DNA of 64,000 nt from Guillardia theta CCMP2712 (Eukaryota; Protista; Cryptophyta): positions 525,882 through 589,881 of the forward strand of contig NW_005434663.1 of assembly GCF_000315625.1 (NCBI RefSeq), given 5' to 3'. Positions 24,021 to 37,925 of the stretch are shown piece after piece (positions within the stretch are counted from its first letter, which is position 1; every line of letters begins with the position of its first letter). The translations under genes and the position numbers were made by a program. A model generated the notes under the pieces. That model made no database searches. It was not told where the DNA came from and saw only the letters and a program-made list of their open reading frames with translations.

Positions 24021-24235
24021 CTCACGACCTTCAACCAAGGCAGTTCGAGCCCTCTACCTTCTTCTTCCTCCCCCTCCCCCTCTGTCCTCAAGCCTCCGCC
24101 AGCCTGTGTGCCATTCCCGCAGACCTGCTGGCTCCTCCGCTCCCAGAGCCAGACATGGGCGCTCTGCACGAAAAGCCAATGATCGTTACAAGTCGTTATT
24201 CGATTTGGTATTACAGACCGTTACGTGACGTTTCG

Positions 24236-24345
24236 AGTCCCGGCCCCGGCCCGGCCGGTCGCCGTCCGATCGGCGCGGCGATCATTGTGCGCACTGCGCC
24301 AGTGCGGCCCGGCGGCGGCCCGGCGGCCCGGCCGCACCGTCGCTT
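24236..24345. repeat. GC-rich palindrome island
   Basis: CCGGCCGG, CCGATCGG, GTGCGCAC, GCACTG..CAGTGC, GTGCGGCC..GGCCGCAC. Confidence 0.75.
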
Positions 24346-24639
24346 CAAACACAAGCCTTTGTTAGACTCGTGACTTGTACTGCCAGGCTGTGCCCAACTC
24401 AACGCGGCAGACATCATATCGACCGGGCCTCAGTTGCAACAAGCCAGTTTTTGCTCAAGACCGAGTTTAATGCACACAAAACCAGAATTGAGGAGCACAT
24501 GAGAGATAGACTGCATGACTAGCAACTGCATACGATCCACTGGCCAGATCATCGGCGACTCAGACTTGAAGTTGAAGCCTGGTGCCATCCAGACACGAGA
24601 GGACCTCAGTACGGAATACGTAAGGGTCGCCTTTGTGCT

Positions 24640-24725
24640 CTGCAGTCAGCCTCGGCTTCGGAACCGATCGGAGGCTGAGTCAGCTCCGAGGGCCTCGGAA
24701 GGGCCCGCGAGCCTCGGAGTCAAGG
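24640..24725. repeat. GC-rich palindrome island
   Basis: TCAGCCTC..GAGGCTGA, CCGATCGG, GCTGA-G-TCAGC, TCCGAGG-G-CCTCGGA, GGGCCC. Confidence 0.75.
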
Positions 24726-24799
24726 CTCAATACCAAGTGGCAATAGATGACCAGTACCGTGACTACATTGTATTGAAGCACCTTAGGTTAGACAATGGA

Positions 24800-26404
24800 T
24801 CACTTGGCTGATCGCCAATATCTGTACAGGACGACAACGGCAGCAGCTCCCAGCAAGATTCCCACATGATCCCACGTGATGAAGGAACTTGAAGGAAGTG
24901 AGGCGACATCCTTCTTGGCCTGCGGCTGAGCCTTTGAGGATTGCATCGGATCAGGTTTGGACGGGTCTGATTTTGCCGCCAATGCTGCTTTTGGTGGCGA
25001 AGAATCCCGCGGGGCAGACGGTTGCGACGTGTCGACCCCCAGGAAGCTATCGATCTCGGACTTGGATGGGATGACGAAGCTATCGCAAAGATACCGTAAG
25101 GCAGAAGCTTGCACAGTAAAACGCAACCACCTTGGTTTGATGCGATTGGCCTTCTCGAAAAGCTTCATGGCCTCTGCTCTGTCTGGTTTCAGCCCTCCCT
25201 GACCTTTGAGCTTGTCCAACAAGTCAAAGTCTTTCCGACGAAGACGCTTGAATGCATCTACCTGATACCATGCCAAGTTGTGAAGGGCAGGGGCATGATG
25301 ATCTCCCGCTCTCTTGAAGTATTCCACAGCCTTGTCTGCCTTCCCTAGGCTCGACTCGATGCTTCCTAGCACGAAGTATCCATTCGCACTGCCGTTGTCC
25401 GCGGCTTTCTGGGCCCATTCACGAGCCAAGTTCACATCTGCTGGCCACTGGAGGCAAAAGTAAGTCGAAGGACACTGACTGCTGCATCGTTCACATTGGC
25501 TCCGAAGAGCGACGGCGAGTGATACGCGAAGGCAACCTAGTCTAAGTCACTGAATATCCTCACGCAGAGGTCCAACAAAGTGCAGGTACCTGAGCCTGCG
25601 CATCTGCATAGCCCAAGTTCGCTGCCTTCTTGTAGAATTCCATCGCTCGATCTGACCAAGGAGCAGTCAGCTCACGTTGCTCAGCCTGCCAGCCCGTCGG
25701 CCTCACCTGGATCTGCGCTCAACCCTGCGATCGAATTGCTGAGAGAGACGGAAGTGAAGTCGACTGGGATCTTCTGCTCCGGTAAACTGGCTTCCGCAAG
25801 CCTTGCAGCAGCGATCAGGACGGATCAAACCGTGTTCACTCGGGTCAAGTCAGGAAAGTTTGAAAGCACCTCATGAGAGAAGGGACAAAGTCCATTTCGG
25901 CCGCCTCTGTGTAATACTTGAGAGCGTCGCTATCGTTGAGATTCATGAGGTAGCCTCTCCCGCCCTCCAAGGAAACACCTGCAACTCTCATCAGCCTCAT
26001 GAGCAGAGCCAAGGCATGCGCTTCACCGATGTTGTGCAGAGACTGCGGGTCAAGCTTGTCCGCAGGAGATGGCCCAGGACCAACGATCAGTATCGGCCAG
26101 GAGTTTTCGTATTCCTTCTCAAGATGGATGGTGATAGACTGTTCGGCCTTCTCAATCTGCCATACTGAATCGCTCGACACTGGCTGGAAAAGTTTCCCCT
26201 ACCACAACCTGGTAAGAGGAGCGGGAGCGATCGCAGAACTACCGATAGGATAGGAGGTTTCTTCTTCAATCCAGCTCGGATCCAAGTGCTTGACACCTTG
26301 ACATCAACGTCTTTGGATGTGAAAGGAAAACCGATCGGGATAGTGATAGAGACCCCGCGCTCGTCCTCCTCCTCCCAGCTGTACATTCCAACAGGCTGCG
26401 GCAT
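24800..26404 (-). CDS. CS (p23/Hsp20-like) domain + Sel1/TPR-like repeats + C-terminal tail anchor
   Basis: CS domain YSWEEEDERGVSITIP...SKDVDVKVSSTWI...SDSVWQIE...ITIHLEK...WPILI; Sel1-like ALKYYTEAAE, AREWAQKAADNGSANGYFVLG, AVEYFKRA; tail HVGILLGAAAVVVLYRYWRSAK*. Multi-exon; start codon uncertain. Confidence 0.8.
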
Positions 26405-27069
26405 CCAAACGAGCTTGTGGCTGATCCTGATGACGAGACCCGTCAGAACAATCGCAGTATCTCCTGCATGCGTTGTTGGTCTCTCCCTTCTTGTCACTTC
26501 CTTCTATGGTCACTAGATCTCTCCCACTCTCGTCGGCTGTCCTTACTTGAACCTTTCGCTCCTTTCCCATCTCCATCCACGTTCACTCTCCTTGACTTGG
26601 GACATCTTCATCCAGCTTGCTGTCTGGCACAAACTCGCCAATTGTTTGCCAATGTTGTTTTTTGATCCTCTATTTCCTCAACTCTTCACTGCAGATCCCA
26701 AGAAACCTCTCTCTCTGCCATGCGTATAGTGTGCCCCTCTCTTGCTGAAGCAAGCACTCCCTTCTCATCGTCGAGCACGCACTCCTCTGCCCATCATCCT
26801 CTCTGCTCCCTTCCAACACTCCTCCCTCTCTCTTCCTCTCCTCTCATGCTCTCCCTCTCTTCCTTGCTTCCCTCTCCTCGCTTCCCCTGCCCCATTCTTC
26901 TCCCTCCCCCCCCGGCCACATCGCATGCGCTTGTGGATCCCTTAGAAGGATGACATCGGAGGGGTAGGGGTACTTTAGTAGGGGTCACCTCAACGACCTG
27001 GATAAAAGCAAGGTAAGGGGTGCCTGAGCACCAGGCGGGGGTGGGGGAATTCCCTGGTAGAAGGGGAAA

Positions 27070-28216
27070 ATGCGGTCTGGAATGGCCGTCGGGCTGATCA
27101 GCATGGAGGTAAGAGCTAGAGCCCGCGGATGAACATGAAGTAGGATAGACTGACTGAGATGGCAGGTGCTGGATCCAATCTTCTCAGGGAATGGCATCGC
27201 CAGTAGGTTTGTTGCTCGCTCCATGCTGTCGAGGAACTCCACTTCCCTGTTTGTTCTCTGCGGGAGCAAGACGGCAGGACAGGGCGCCGGGCTGGCACAT
27301 CGCTGTGATAGAGAGGTTTTCGAAGCAATATCGCCAAAACGAAAAGATCAGTCGAGAGTGAAGGGGATTTCAATCCCTCTGCCGATCTGGGGGAAACTGG
27401 ACAAGAACAGCAGCTACGAGGAATTTGCGGCGGGGGCGTGTGACAAGCTGGTGGAAGAAACGATCAAGATCGACAAGGTGGACACCTTCTTGTGTGTAGA
27501 CTGGAGTGGATGCTACGTGTTCCATCGCATGAAGGAGCAGGGGTTGATAGTGGACGATGCGAAAATGATATACTTCCCTTTCTGCGTCTTCCACGCTTTG
27601 TACTCAGCGAGCAACGAGGAGGTCGGGTTTTACAAGGCAGAGGAGACAAGATCGATCGAGTCTGCAACGAAAGTAATCGCGCTGTGTGAGTCTGATCTCG
27701 AGAAGCTCGCCAAGCTGAACTCAAAGCACCGGGGAAAGATCGAGGTCCTGCCGCCTCCTCTCAGGGAGGACTTCAGGGCGGTGGTGCTTCGGAACTCGGA
27801 GGTTGTGAGGCAGAGAAAGTTCATCACTTGCTGCCTGCGATTTACTCCTTCCAAGAATGTCAAAGTCTTCTGCGAGGCCGTGAGCATTATCCACGAGGAG
27901 CTGAGCGCCAGGGGCATCATGGTTGTCATGTGCGGGGCTGTGATCGACGAGTCGTATGCCAACGAGTGCAGGAGGGTGATGGAGGAATCCAACACAAGAC
28001 ACAATGTAGGCAGGGGGTGAAGAGCAGGAGCGGTTTGCCTCTCACTTGCTTGCAGATCGTGAAGGACTTCTTGGACGCTCAAGGCTTGCAGGAGGTTCTG
28101 AGCCAATCCCTTGTCAACATCCACACCGCTCCTTACGAAGCTTACGGAATGACCATAGTGGAAGCGGCTGCTTGCGGTGAGAACCTGCTCGAGCTTTTTT
28201 CTTCCTGAGCTTCTCA

Positions 28217-28309
<93 letters not shown>

Positions 28310-28769
28310 GTTTCTGTAATGGCTCGACGCTTACTTTTTACTGTGTTGTCCCCTCCTATAACAATTCGTGAGCCTTTCTGATCGTATCCTTAAGGTTCGC
28401 CGTCTATCATTCATGAGCAATGGAGGGACATCGGGGCAACTATCTTGCTTCCTCCCACGAGCGATGGAGGTGAGACAGTGGTGCTCCTCTAGGTGCGAAC
28501 TCCTAACGAGGTAACGCTCAGGATCATGTTACCTTGCCAACATGCTGGACGCGAATGACTTGGCTCGTGCTATTCTCGACGCCATTCGAGACCAAGAGAG
28601 CTTGGGGGAGGCGTCGAGGAGAGCCCGGGTATGCTGAGGAGGAAGGAGGCAACTAGCTGAAACAGGTTTTTGTGAGCAGGAGCTTGCGCTGTCATGGGAC
28701 GAGGACAAGTATGCTGAGAGGCTGATCGAAGTTTTGGACGATTCGAAGATCATTACGAGGGACGGCTGA
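27070..28769 (+). CDS. GT-B fold glycosyltransferase (GT4 / Glycos_transf_1-like)
   Basis: Spliced N-terminus MRSGMAVGLISMEVLDPIFSGNG (intron 27109-27165); RFTPSKNV; YEAYGMTIVEAAACG (ExxGxxxxEA motif). Confidence 0.88.
28217..28307. repeat. (CTCCTG)n microsatellite, intronic
   Basis: About 15 perfect hexamers. Confidence 0.95.
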
Positions 28770-28783
28770 ATAAATAGTTTACA

Positions 28784-31686
28784 TCATAGAGACGGGGCAG
28801 CGTTGCACCCTCCTCCTCCTCCCTCTCCCCATCTCATCTCCCGTGACTCTGCAGCCAAGAGTTGATGGCTTCAACGTTGACCGCATCAGCCTCGTCGAGG
28901 GGGGGGAAGGTCAACTTGTCAAGCTCCGGCCGCTGCTGGATAATGCCAGCGAGCAGAATGACAATCTCCTCCTTTGACTTGCCGAGGCACGACAAGTCGA
29001 TCTAGAGGACCAGAGGTTCAGCGAGAGCGAGGGTGGAACAGACCGTCCGCTGCTCACCTCACTGAAGGTCGTCCCTTTCTCCGAGAACTTGACCTTCTTG
29101 CCGTCGACAAGGGAGTAGAGGTCAACGAGGGGAGGCGTCGCCTTGGAGTTGAACGCCTTGGTCGGCGAAGCAAGCTCCATCTCGCTGGGGTAGTTCGACT
29201 TGAAGTTCTTGAGCAGCATCCCAAAGTCTGCGACCCGACGTGAGGTAAGGAAGACGATGAGGGAGCGGCGGTGACGATCATTACCTGCCCGGAAGAACCG
29301 CTCGTTGAAGCAGCTGGCCACGTCATGCAGAGGAGCCGCCTTGAAGAACGAGAGCGCGCGGAGGAACTTGCGGTGGAGGGCGATCAGCGCCCGATGTTCT
29401 TTGCTGACGTTGACAACCTGAACCTGGTCTAGGAACGAGTGGAGTACCTGCCAGCCTGTCATCTCCAGCAGCGCTCTGAGGCGAGTCCGAGGACCGTCTC
29501 GATGAAGTTCACGTCAATGATGTACTGGACCATGTTGGAGCGCGAAGGTGAGATGGCCTTGTAGACGTTGACGAGAGCCTGAGACGTCTCGACCAGGTAC
29601 TCCTGCGCACTTCAATCAAACGATGAGGTGTTCCCCTGTGCATACCCCAAAGACAAGGTCTGCGGTGGAGTTCGCAAAGAATTCCTTGAGATCGTGCAGG
29701 AAATGCTTCGAGTAGAGATTCCACAGCAACAGGCCTGGAAGCGACCGAGTCAGAAACAAGAAGGATAGAGGACCGAACGTTCCAACCATGGCTGGCCACG
29801 GCCGTATCCCTCTTGAGAAACTGCCCTTGTTTCCACTTGCTTGCAATTATAGAATTGAAATAGACATCCTTACAGTTTTGAACATGGTACGTGATCTACA
29901 TGAAGCATGTCTTAGAGACGCAAAGAATTTCCGATCCAGACAGAACACAAGAGGAATATCTTGAAGCTCACCATGCATTGAAACATCTTTGAGAGAAAAG
30001 CATTCACGAGGGCAAAGCACGAATTCATCTGCTTTCTTTGCTCCGCCCCCTCCCCGCTGTCTTGGCTGTTGTAGCTTTCTTCTGAGATCTGCACGATTTT
30101 AGGCATTCAGGAGAGTACACTAGTTCAAGATCTACCATTCCCAATGCAAAATGGATCAGAGTTGTGTTGGCTGCTGCTCGGTATGCACATTTGATTCCGT
30201 CATGCATGGCCTCTGCCATGCTCGTTTCTAAGCTGATGAGGTATGCCTGTAAATTGATCCTGAAGGGCGGAGCCACCGTAAGACAGCCAAAAGGAGGAGA
30301 AAGAGACGGTTCAACAGTGCACCTCAATTGTTTGGTAAACTCAAGGTAGTAATCTTCGACCGGCAACAACCCATGACGAGGACAGATTGACAAGATGCTC
30401 TGAACAACGTTGAGACATCTTGGGGACGCTCTCTGCCACAAACCATCTTCACTCAAAGTCGTCAATACACCACCCAACAAATCACACCTTGCAGTACAAG
30501 GCAAATTCTTCCTGGTTCCCTTGAGGGGTATCGAAGGGGCCCTCATATATTTGACCCTTGATCGAATCTGAACTCTCAGCTTTGTTTTCTTCCGCAGCCT
30601 CGAGTTTGTCGTTCATCGTCAGATCACGGAACTGCTCACTCAGCAGATTGACAATCTTCGAACGCACCCACAATCGCTGCCATGCCGTCAACTGCTCACA
30701 TCAAATCCACACGGGACACCAAAACCTGTTGCTTCCACAGACTGAGAATGACGTCCTGAATGTCGATCAGTCTTCCTGATGTCAAGTTTTAATCGTGGAG
30801 AAACTTTCCAACAATCGCTTGCAGACATACCGCTGTCAGAAGATGCCTTGAAAATCGATGACGCGAGGTTCTGTGTCGTCGTCATCAATAGCGGAAAACT
30901 GATGCCTCGGACGAGCTCTGCGATGAAATTGCAGAGAGGAGTGATGGTCGCCTCCTCTACAATCTCTTTCCACGTCACTTTGAGGTGAAGAGAAGTGAAG
31001 GAATCAAGGATATTTGTCGCGTCAACTTCGACTGTCTTGCACATCGAGCTGATTTCAGCCAGCGACTGTCTATCAAAAAGATGTTTGATCTTCAGCCAGA
31101 ACTGCTGTCCCACCGTTGTGGCAACCTGCAGCTGTGGAAGTAAAAGGCAGAGGTTTTCAACAGCCTTCTTCATCTGTGTGACATTCTTCTCATTCATGGC
31201 ATCCAGCAGGGACTTTGTCAACGTCTGTACCAGCATGTTCTGCAGGGCGTTCAAAGAGAGCTTCGTATTGCCAGACATCGCGTCTGAGCTCCCAGGTAGA
31301 GAAACACTGGAATCAAGGGACGTGTCAAGGCTCCGCTCCCTCTCCTCCATGACCATGACGGCGCAATGCAGGCTTGAGCATGCTTCTCCCAACCTAGACT
31401 GTTCGAACTGCGACTGAGCGATGCGCAGCAGCTTCTCAGGATCCTTCCTTTGACTCGGTCTGTCCATCGTGGCCAACTTGGAGGCAAGCTCGAACTCCAA
31501 GGAGGAAGGATGCATGTTCTTACTGCCGCAGATGGCAGACGCTGCTTCAAGGAGATCCTTCTCGACCTGCCCGACGGCCACCTTGAGCAGCTCGTTGCAT
31601 TCGAACGCTCTCGACGCGAGAGATTCTGGTGTATCCTCGTCCGCAAACCAATTGAAATCGACATCCATGTCAGAATGTTTGCGCAT
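28784..31686 (-). CDS. Large spliced alpha-helical hypothetical protein
   Basis: Chain of minus-strand ORFs (30688-31686, 30482-30691, 30025-30546, 29912-30106, 29616-29846, 28911-29462) separated by short GT-AG introns. No family recognised. Confidence 0.6.
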
Positions 31687-32391
31687 CCGGCCAGCTCTGA
31701 TCGCCGGGGGGCAATCTCAAACTCCTGGCGAGCGCTCTTCGTCAACTTTTGAATCCCGTGCCCTCGTCGGCAATCTTTCGGAGCCCAGGCCGACTGTCCC
31801 TTTCTCCAAGTCTAATGAAGTGCATTACCACGTGCCAGCCCTCTTGAATCAATTCCAGCCTCATGTCTCTCCTCGCTCCGAGTTTCCTTCCCCTGTGCCT
31901 TCAAACCAACCATCCCACCAGGGGTCCGCTCTGCGCCTTCATCGCACCTCCCAGGTCCGATCGTCGCGTTGCAAGTTCCTTCCTAACATCGTCCTCTGCC
32001 TCTCATCCTCTTCTTACCATAGGTACGTGTCCCCATCGTTTCTCCTCACCCGCCTGCTCAGAACCCAAGTGCATTGCGCAATTCCAACTGACGCAATTGA
32101 TGCAACATCCGTTACTTTCCTTTGCATATAACGTGTCAAAACGGTCTATGGGAAGCAACAACTGCCGGGCCCACCTCGAGAAATCGGGCTATGCCCGCTG
32201 TGCCCGCTGCCCTTCCCGAAAATGAGGTTCCCCAGTCGTACGATCAGCAAGAGGACGAAGAGGAAGGGGAGGGACGGAGATGCAAAGAAGGGAGACGAGG
32301 AGATGAGGAGATGAGGAGATGAAGACATAGGATGAGGGTGGCTGAGCCATGTGGGAATCAAGAGAGCTCAGCACTGAAGGGAGCAAGAGCG

Positions 32392-34440
32392 ATGCTTGCT
32401 AAGTGCAAGGGAGGGGAGCAGAACCATTCGAGGGTAAAAGGGTTATGAAGTCTATGTGCCTTAACCCGAATCACTACATCTCTTTGCATGGTTTGCTTAC
32501 TGATGACAGGAATCCATGGCTTCTCCGATACCATCGAGGATTCCTCGACCTGCAAGTGAGCATACGCTGGATCTCTGACTGAGATGAATGCGATCTTTCC
32601 CGGGGTTTTTGTTGCTGATCTTGTGCTTTCAAGGCACGGAGAACTTCATGTCCGACAGGGAAGTTGTTAGGTTGCTAAATGAGCTACACTTGGAGAAGGT
32701 TAAAAGAGATGGTGGACTACGACGATTGGCTGACTGTCTGTTCTCGACGCAGATAAGAGCAGAAACGAGGGCATCGAACTTGCAGGCACAGATCGAGGAT
32801 TTACATAAGCGTTTGGATACTGTCAGGTCTGTATGAGAGCTGTCGACAACGTCTTTCTGCACTTGTGAATTGTTTTCTTTTTTCCTCAGCGGCTACGTGG
32901 TATCCGACAGTGAGTCCAATGCTGATGGATCAGGTGAGACCCATGGTGGACGGATATGAGTTTGCTCTGAACGTCAAGTTCAGAGTACAGCAGATCTGTG
33001 GATAATCAGATTCAGGACTTAGAGGTCGGTATCGTGTGCCATTCACGGAAGGCCCACCGAAGGAGCTGCTCACATACGAATTTCAGGAAGTGGGATCAGA
33101 GCTGGATAATTTCATCAGGCTGCGAAGCTACATACTTCATATGCAGGTGATTGGCGAGCTTGAGTTGAGAGCAGGAGCGATGAAGTGAGGGAGTGAAGAA
33201 ACGCTCGGCCCTGAACATGTCATGACTTCAGGAAGGGGCGTCCCTTTTGCTCTGGCGCGAAGATGGACTGCAGGTCAGGACCTCTCCAGCTTCAGCCTGG
33301 TGGAGCCCTCACCCTTGGAAACAGCTCTGCTGGTTCTGGCTGGATAAAGAATGCAAGTCCCTCAACTGGGACTTTGACGAACAAGACCTCGGTCGATTGG
33401 TCGCGCAACGATTTGGGATCTATGACACGTCAAATCAGGCGGGGGCGTTGAAGGAATGACGGGGGACTCGCTTCTGTTGGAGAGGATCATCGACATCGTC
33501 CCGTTGGGTGCTGGTCCAGATCAGGTAGGAGAGCTTGAAACCCTCTGGGAAGAGATGGAGAGTGGTTGTTTCGCCGTCCTTGAACGTATGTTGACAGCTC
33601 ACCGATAATCCTACTGACTCAAGTTTCACGATCATTCATGACGGAGGTAGAGCCGATGAGTATCAAGACACTGGAAATGACTTCCAGTGGTCAGGAAAAC
33701 TGGACATTGTCGCTCCAACCTCGCTAGACTTTCAAGTGCCGCATCTGAGGAGATTGGGAGCATTGTAAGGGCGTTGCTAGGTGTGGTATTTTGGCCTCGC
33801 GTTTGCAACTCGGTTGCGAATGAACGCGGTAGAAGATGTTCAAGGTGAAGTGAGGAGTTGATATGAATGTTTGATCTGATGTACCTGCTCAGATTCCTCG
33901 CGGGATGAACGAGACAGAATGGTTGGTGGTGATGAAACCATTGGGCTGCTGATGTAGATTTTGTTCGCAGAACGAAGATCACGAGATTCACAGTCCAAGT
34001 CGTATGAAGCGTTCAAGTGTCCAGTTTCTTGACACTGAGGCGGACAAAAACCATGATTCGCCCGAGGTTCTACTGACGATTTGCTATATCTCGTGATGAA
34101 CTACTCAGGTTGAAAATCTGATGACGAAGATGGAAGAGCAAAGGAGGTTAATAGAGCAGTTGCAACGAGAGAACCAAGTTTACTCAAGTTGATGGAGGAA
34201 GCAGATTGCTTGACTGCACTGTAGGCACTCAAGGAAGTAAGAAGGAACAAGGATGAAGCCATCTCAAGACTGCTGAAAGACTTACAAGTGATTGGAATCG
34301 ACATGTTGTATCAAAGTTGACGACCCTTGCAGGCTGCGGAGAACAGGAGCTGGGAGAACATGGTAGAGTACACGGATAGAGAGAGTTCGAAACGGTTGAC
34401 CGTCGAGACAGCAAGAAGGAAAGACACCCGCTACGAGCCA
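32392..34440 (+). CDS. Spliced hypothetical protein with a PH-like segment and a coiled coil
   Basis: Short exons flanked by GT/AG; LCWFWLDKECKSLNWD resembles PLC-type PH domains; coiled coil ENLMTKMEEQRRLIEQLQRENQ. Ends uncertain. Confidence 0.4.
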
Positions 34441-34569
34441 GGAGAGTGATAGCCACTGGCATCATCGGTAAAGCACCATCGAGGGGCCTCCTCTTGCTCT
34501 TACCACAGCATGCAGAGAGATATACAGAGTAAGACAGCGAAATAGCAAACTGCAACAGATTCTACAGGT

Positions 34570-37500
34570 AGCCCTCAAGGTGAAGAAGAGAAATGTCTCA
34601 TCACTTGTTGTACCAGGTGAAGCAGAAGACAGTGAGGGAGATGTGGTTCCTTCTCAAAGAAATGACGGCCCATAGCTGAGAGCTTGTTATGTTTAATCCT
34701 GTAATCCTTCATAATGTTGTCTCCTACATGACTCCTGTCCACTCCTGCACTTGGGAAATGCTCCAGCTGCAGCTCTCTTGCTGCAGTATGGACCTCAATT
34801 CAGAGTCTTCGGACTGCACGAGCTACATCATGATGAATCGACTAGAGGTGAAGATGAGGAATCCTTCACCTTCTCTGGTGACGGTCGTAGGAGCACTATC
34901 GAATCCGTCTTCTCCCCTTCCTGCCAACGAGGTCACACACTCACATCATACTAAACTCTCTCGAGCACCTCCTGTCCAGCTCGCCGGATCTCAAGCGTTA
35001 AGGGCGTTTCAGGTTTTCCTTGCATCATCTTCTTCACTGCATCAACCTGCAAGAAAGACTCACACGCTGAGAGATACGGCTTGAGCTTACATGCTTCCCA
35101 CGTAACGAAACCCCGTCAATCGCCACCACAGTGTCGCTGACTTGGATGCTTCCGTACGAACCTGCGACGCTGTCCTCTCGAATGTACGAGACAGAGTAAG
35201 ACCCGCTCTTGGATCACCAAATGAGTCAGAGTCCTGGCCTAGATGTTCTAGTGACAATCTTACCTCGGTCAGGAAGATGGCCAAGCCTAGATCGTGGCTT
35301 ATCGCTATTCTTTCAAGAATGCTCGAGAACTTGAAGCCGTAGTCCAAGCCGTTGACTTGCAGGAAGCAACCAATCAGTCTCATCCGATTGTTTCTGAAAG
35401 CTTGATGAAGAGAGCTATTTCGAACTTTGATACTTTGCAGAAACCTGAAGAAAATTACAAAGGAGCTCTCAATATTGCATTAGTTGTACACCTGTTTTTA
35501 AAATCATCTGTGAAGAATTTAGATTCGACAGAAGACTGCATAGAAGTAACAGATAGCTTCAGCATCACAAGGTCATGAAATCTAGATTCGACTAGAGGGA
35601 TTTCGTCTGTAGGCGTGTGGCTGTCCCAGGCGAATTCTGATATCTTGAAGCTTTCTGGTCTTGCCGGCAAGAATTCATACAGAATCGATTCGATCCTCTT
35701 CTTGATGTGAGATATCCCATCGTACGAGCTTAGATTGTTCGCCTTTGGAATATGCATGAGAATAACAACTGATTCTGAACCCCAGTCTCTAGTAGACGTT
35801 TTAATAGCAGTTTCCAGCACTGCGTTTTGAAACTCCAGTTGTTTTGATCTTCGCACTGCTTCATTGCTATTTCTTTGTAGCTTAGAGCACGCTTCTGCTA
35901 GACTTCGGCGTTTATACTCGAATGAAGTTCTTTCTCTATCTTCGATTGATGATTTATCACGAATCATTGATGAAAGTTGGTTCATTTTCCTGTTTTTCTC
36001 TTCAAGCTCTTGCTCGAATGTCAGTCTGTCACTTTGCAAACGTTGCACGTCGTCTCGAAACGCATCTCTTTCCTTCTGCACTCCAGCCAGTCGATTTCTC
36101 AAGTCTGTATGTTCGTCTTCCAGTCTGCGATGTGCTCTCCATAACCCTTCCAACTCTTCTTCCTTTGCAACACTCATCTTCTCTATCTGAGCTTTGCTTG
36201 AGCTCAAATCTTGTAACAAAGCCATTATTTGTGAATCTTTCTCATGCAGCGAGGCCAATTGGTGATCAATTCGAAGCTTCAATGATCCTCTTTCCAAGTC
36301 CTTCATTTTTTCTCTTGATCGCATACCGCTGATTCTAGTGGAGAACTTATCCATCGACCATTCAAGTCTCTCGAGTTGTTCGAAGACTGATCCGGACACG
36401 TCACTCAACACCTCCAGTTTCTCTTGGTCCTTTGAGATCTCCCGCTTGATATTACAGCAGAGATTGTCCACGTCCATGAGCTCCCCCATGAGCAGCGATA
36501 TTTCCTCAGCAGCCTTTCTACAGAGCATGATGCTTCGAAAACTCACTTCGCGCTCTACTATGAGATTGGACATCATTTCCCTCACCTTCCTCTTTTCTTC
36601 TTCCAACCTACTATTGAGATCTTGTACAGCTTTCGAAGCTTTTGCGTTGTCTTCCTTCATTTTTCTTTCAAGATTCGCTGTATTTTGTAAAGCTTCCTCT
36701 AGCATACTTTGTATAGACCTTGAATTGTTCTCTTCTGCTTTCAGAGCTTGATTGAAAACTTCTATTTCCTCATACTTTTGCATCAGTTTTTCGGCTTGCT
36801 TGGAAATTTCCAGTTTCATGGCTTCAAGCTTTTTTGTAAAGAAGACATTCTTCCCATTCATGACTTCCTTTGTCCTCTGAATCTCTTCATTTAACAATCT
36901 TATCCTGTCTTCTTTCGCTCTCAAATTATTCTGAAGCCCTATTATTTCCCTATCCTTGCGTTCAATCTCAGTCATGAAGAATCTGAATTGACTTTCGGTC
37001 ATTTGATCGACATCGGTTTGGGTCCTGTCGAAATCCTGGGCTGTCCTTGATATTGTCTTATCATCACTGAGAACTGCATTATCAGGATGAAGTGAACCCT
37101 GGATATGGCTCAAATTCGGAGGAGTTGCAAGAGAGAAATATGTCTTTTCATCCTTTCTTTGAACAACTTGATGCCTCAGATCATTCTCGTGCAGGTCAGC
37201 AGAGTGACAGAATGAAATACTTTCGGTCACAAATTTCACAAGGTCCTTACAATCCGTCAGCTGAAATATGATGTACATAAGATCTCCCTCGATGCAATGC
37301 ATGTCCATCTGAGAAATGCTCCTGTTGCTTTGATTGGGATGGTATCCCTTGACATCACGCGTGAAGAAATCTTCGTGGAGATCATCAAGCAAGGGCTGCG
37401 AGTTCTCTTCTGAGATCTCCTTCCGCACTATGGGGTCGAAGGTTCTATGGATACCTCCCAACAAAGACTCATTCTTGCTCATGCTTGAATGCATGTCTGG

Positions 37501-37925
37501 TGTGTTCACTTGAAAGTACATGGTCCGATCATAAGAGCTGGAGAGTGAGTTCTCAACAAGAGAGGATTCTTTGTGTATGCCTTCAGCGAACCCGGACAGA
37601 ATACTTTGAGCGTCTGCAACCAGACTGAAAATCTGATGAGAAATGTGGTAGAGATCCGGTCCCTGAGCCGGGAGCGCCGCCATACTTTTCTTCATGAATA
37701 CGAGAACTTTCCACTCAAAGAATGCTCGCGAGCATGCCTTCAGCCTGAAGACTCGGACAGAAGCGTGGTTCAACCCTCTCCTGTAAACTTTGGTAGCTCT
37801 CTTCCTCTCGATCGCAATCACATGCAGGATAGCTGCTGGAAGACGGCCTTCCTTCCTTGGAAACTCAACTCCGAGACTCTCTTCTCGATGAGATGCTTCT
37901 AAATCGCTCTCGTCCTGATGTATCA
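34570..37925 (-). CDS. Long coiled-coil protein
   Basis: 840-aa ORF 35455-37977 with extended E/K/Q/L heptads; further minus-strand exons to about 34570. Ends approximate. Confidence 0.7.

Noticed and set aside
28177-28371. Poly-(SC) ORF resembling a metallothionein
   Set aside because: It is the translation of an intronic (CTCCTG)n microsatellite
28784-31686. Possible ZW10/exocyst (CATCHR) subunit
   Set aside because: Only general helical character, with no motif I can match; left as hypothetical
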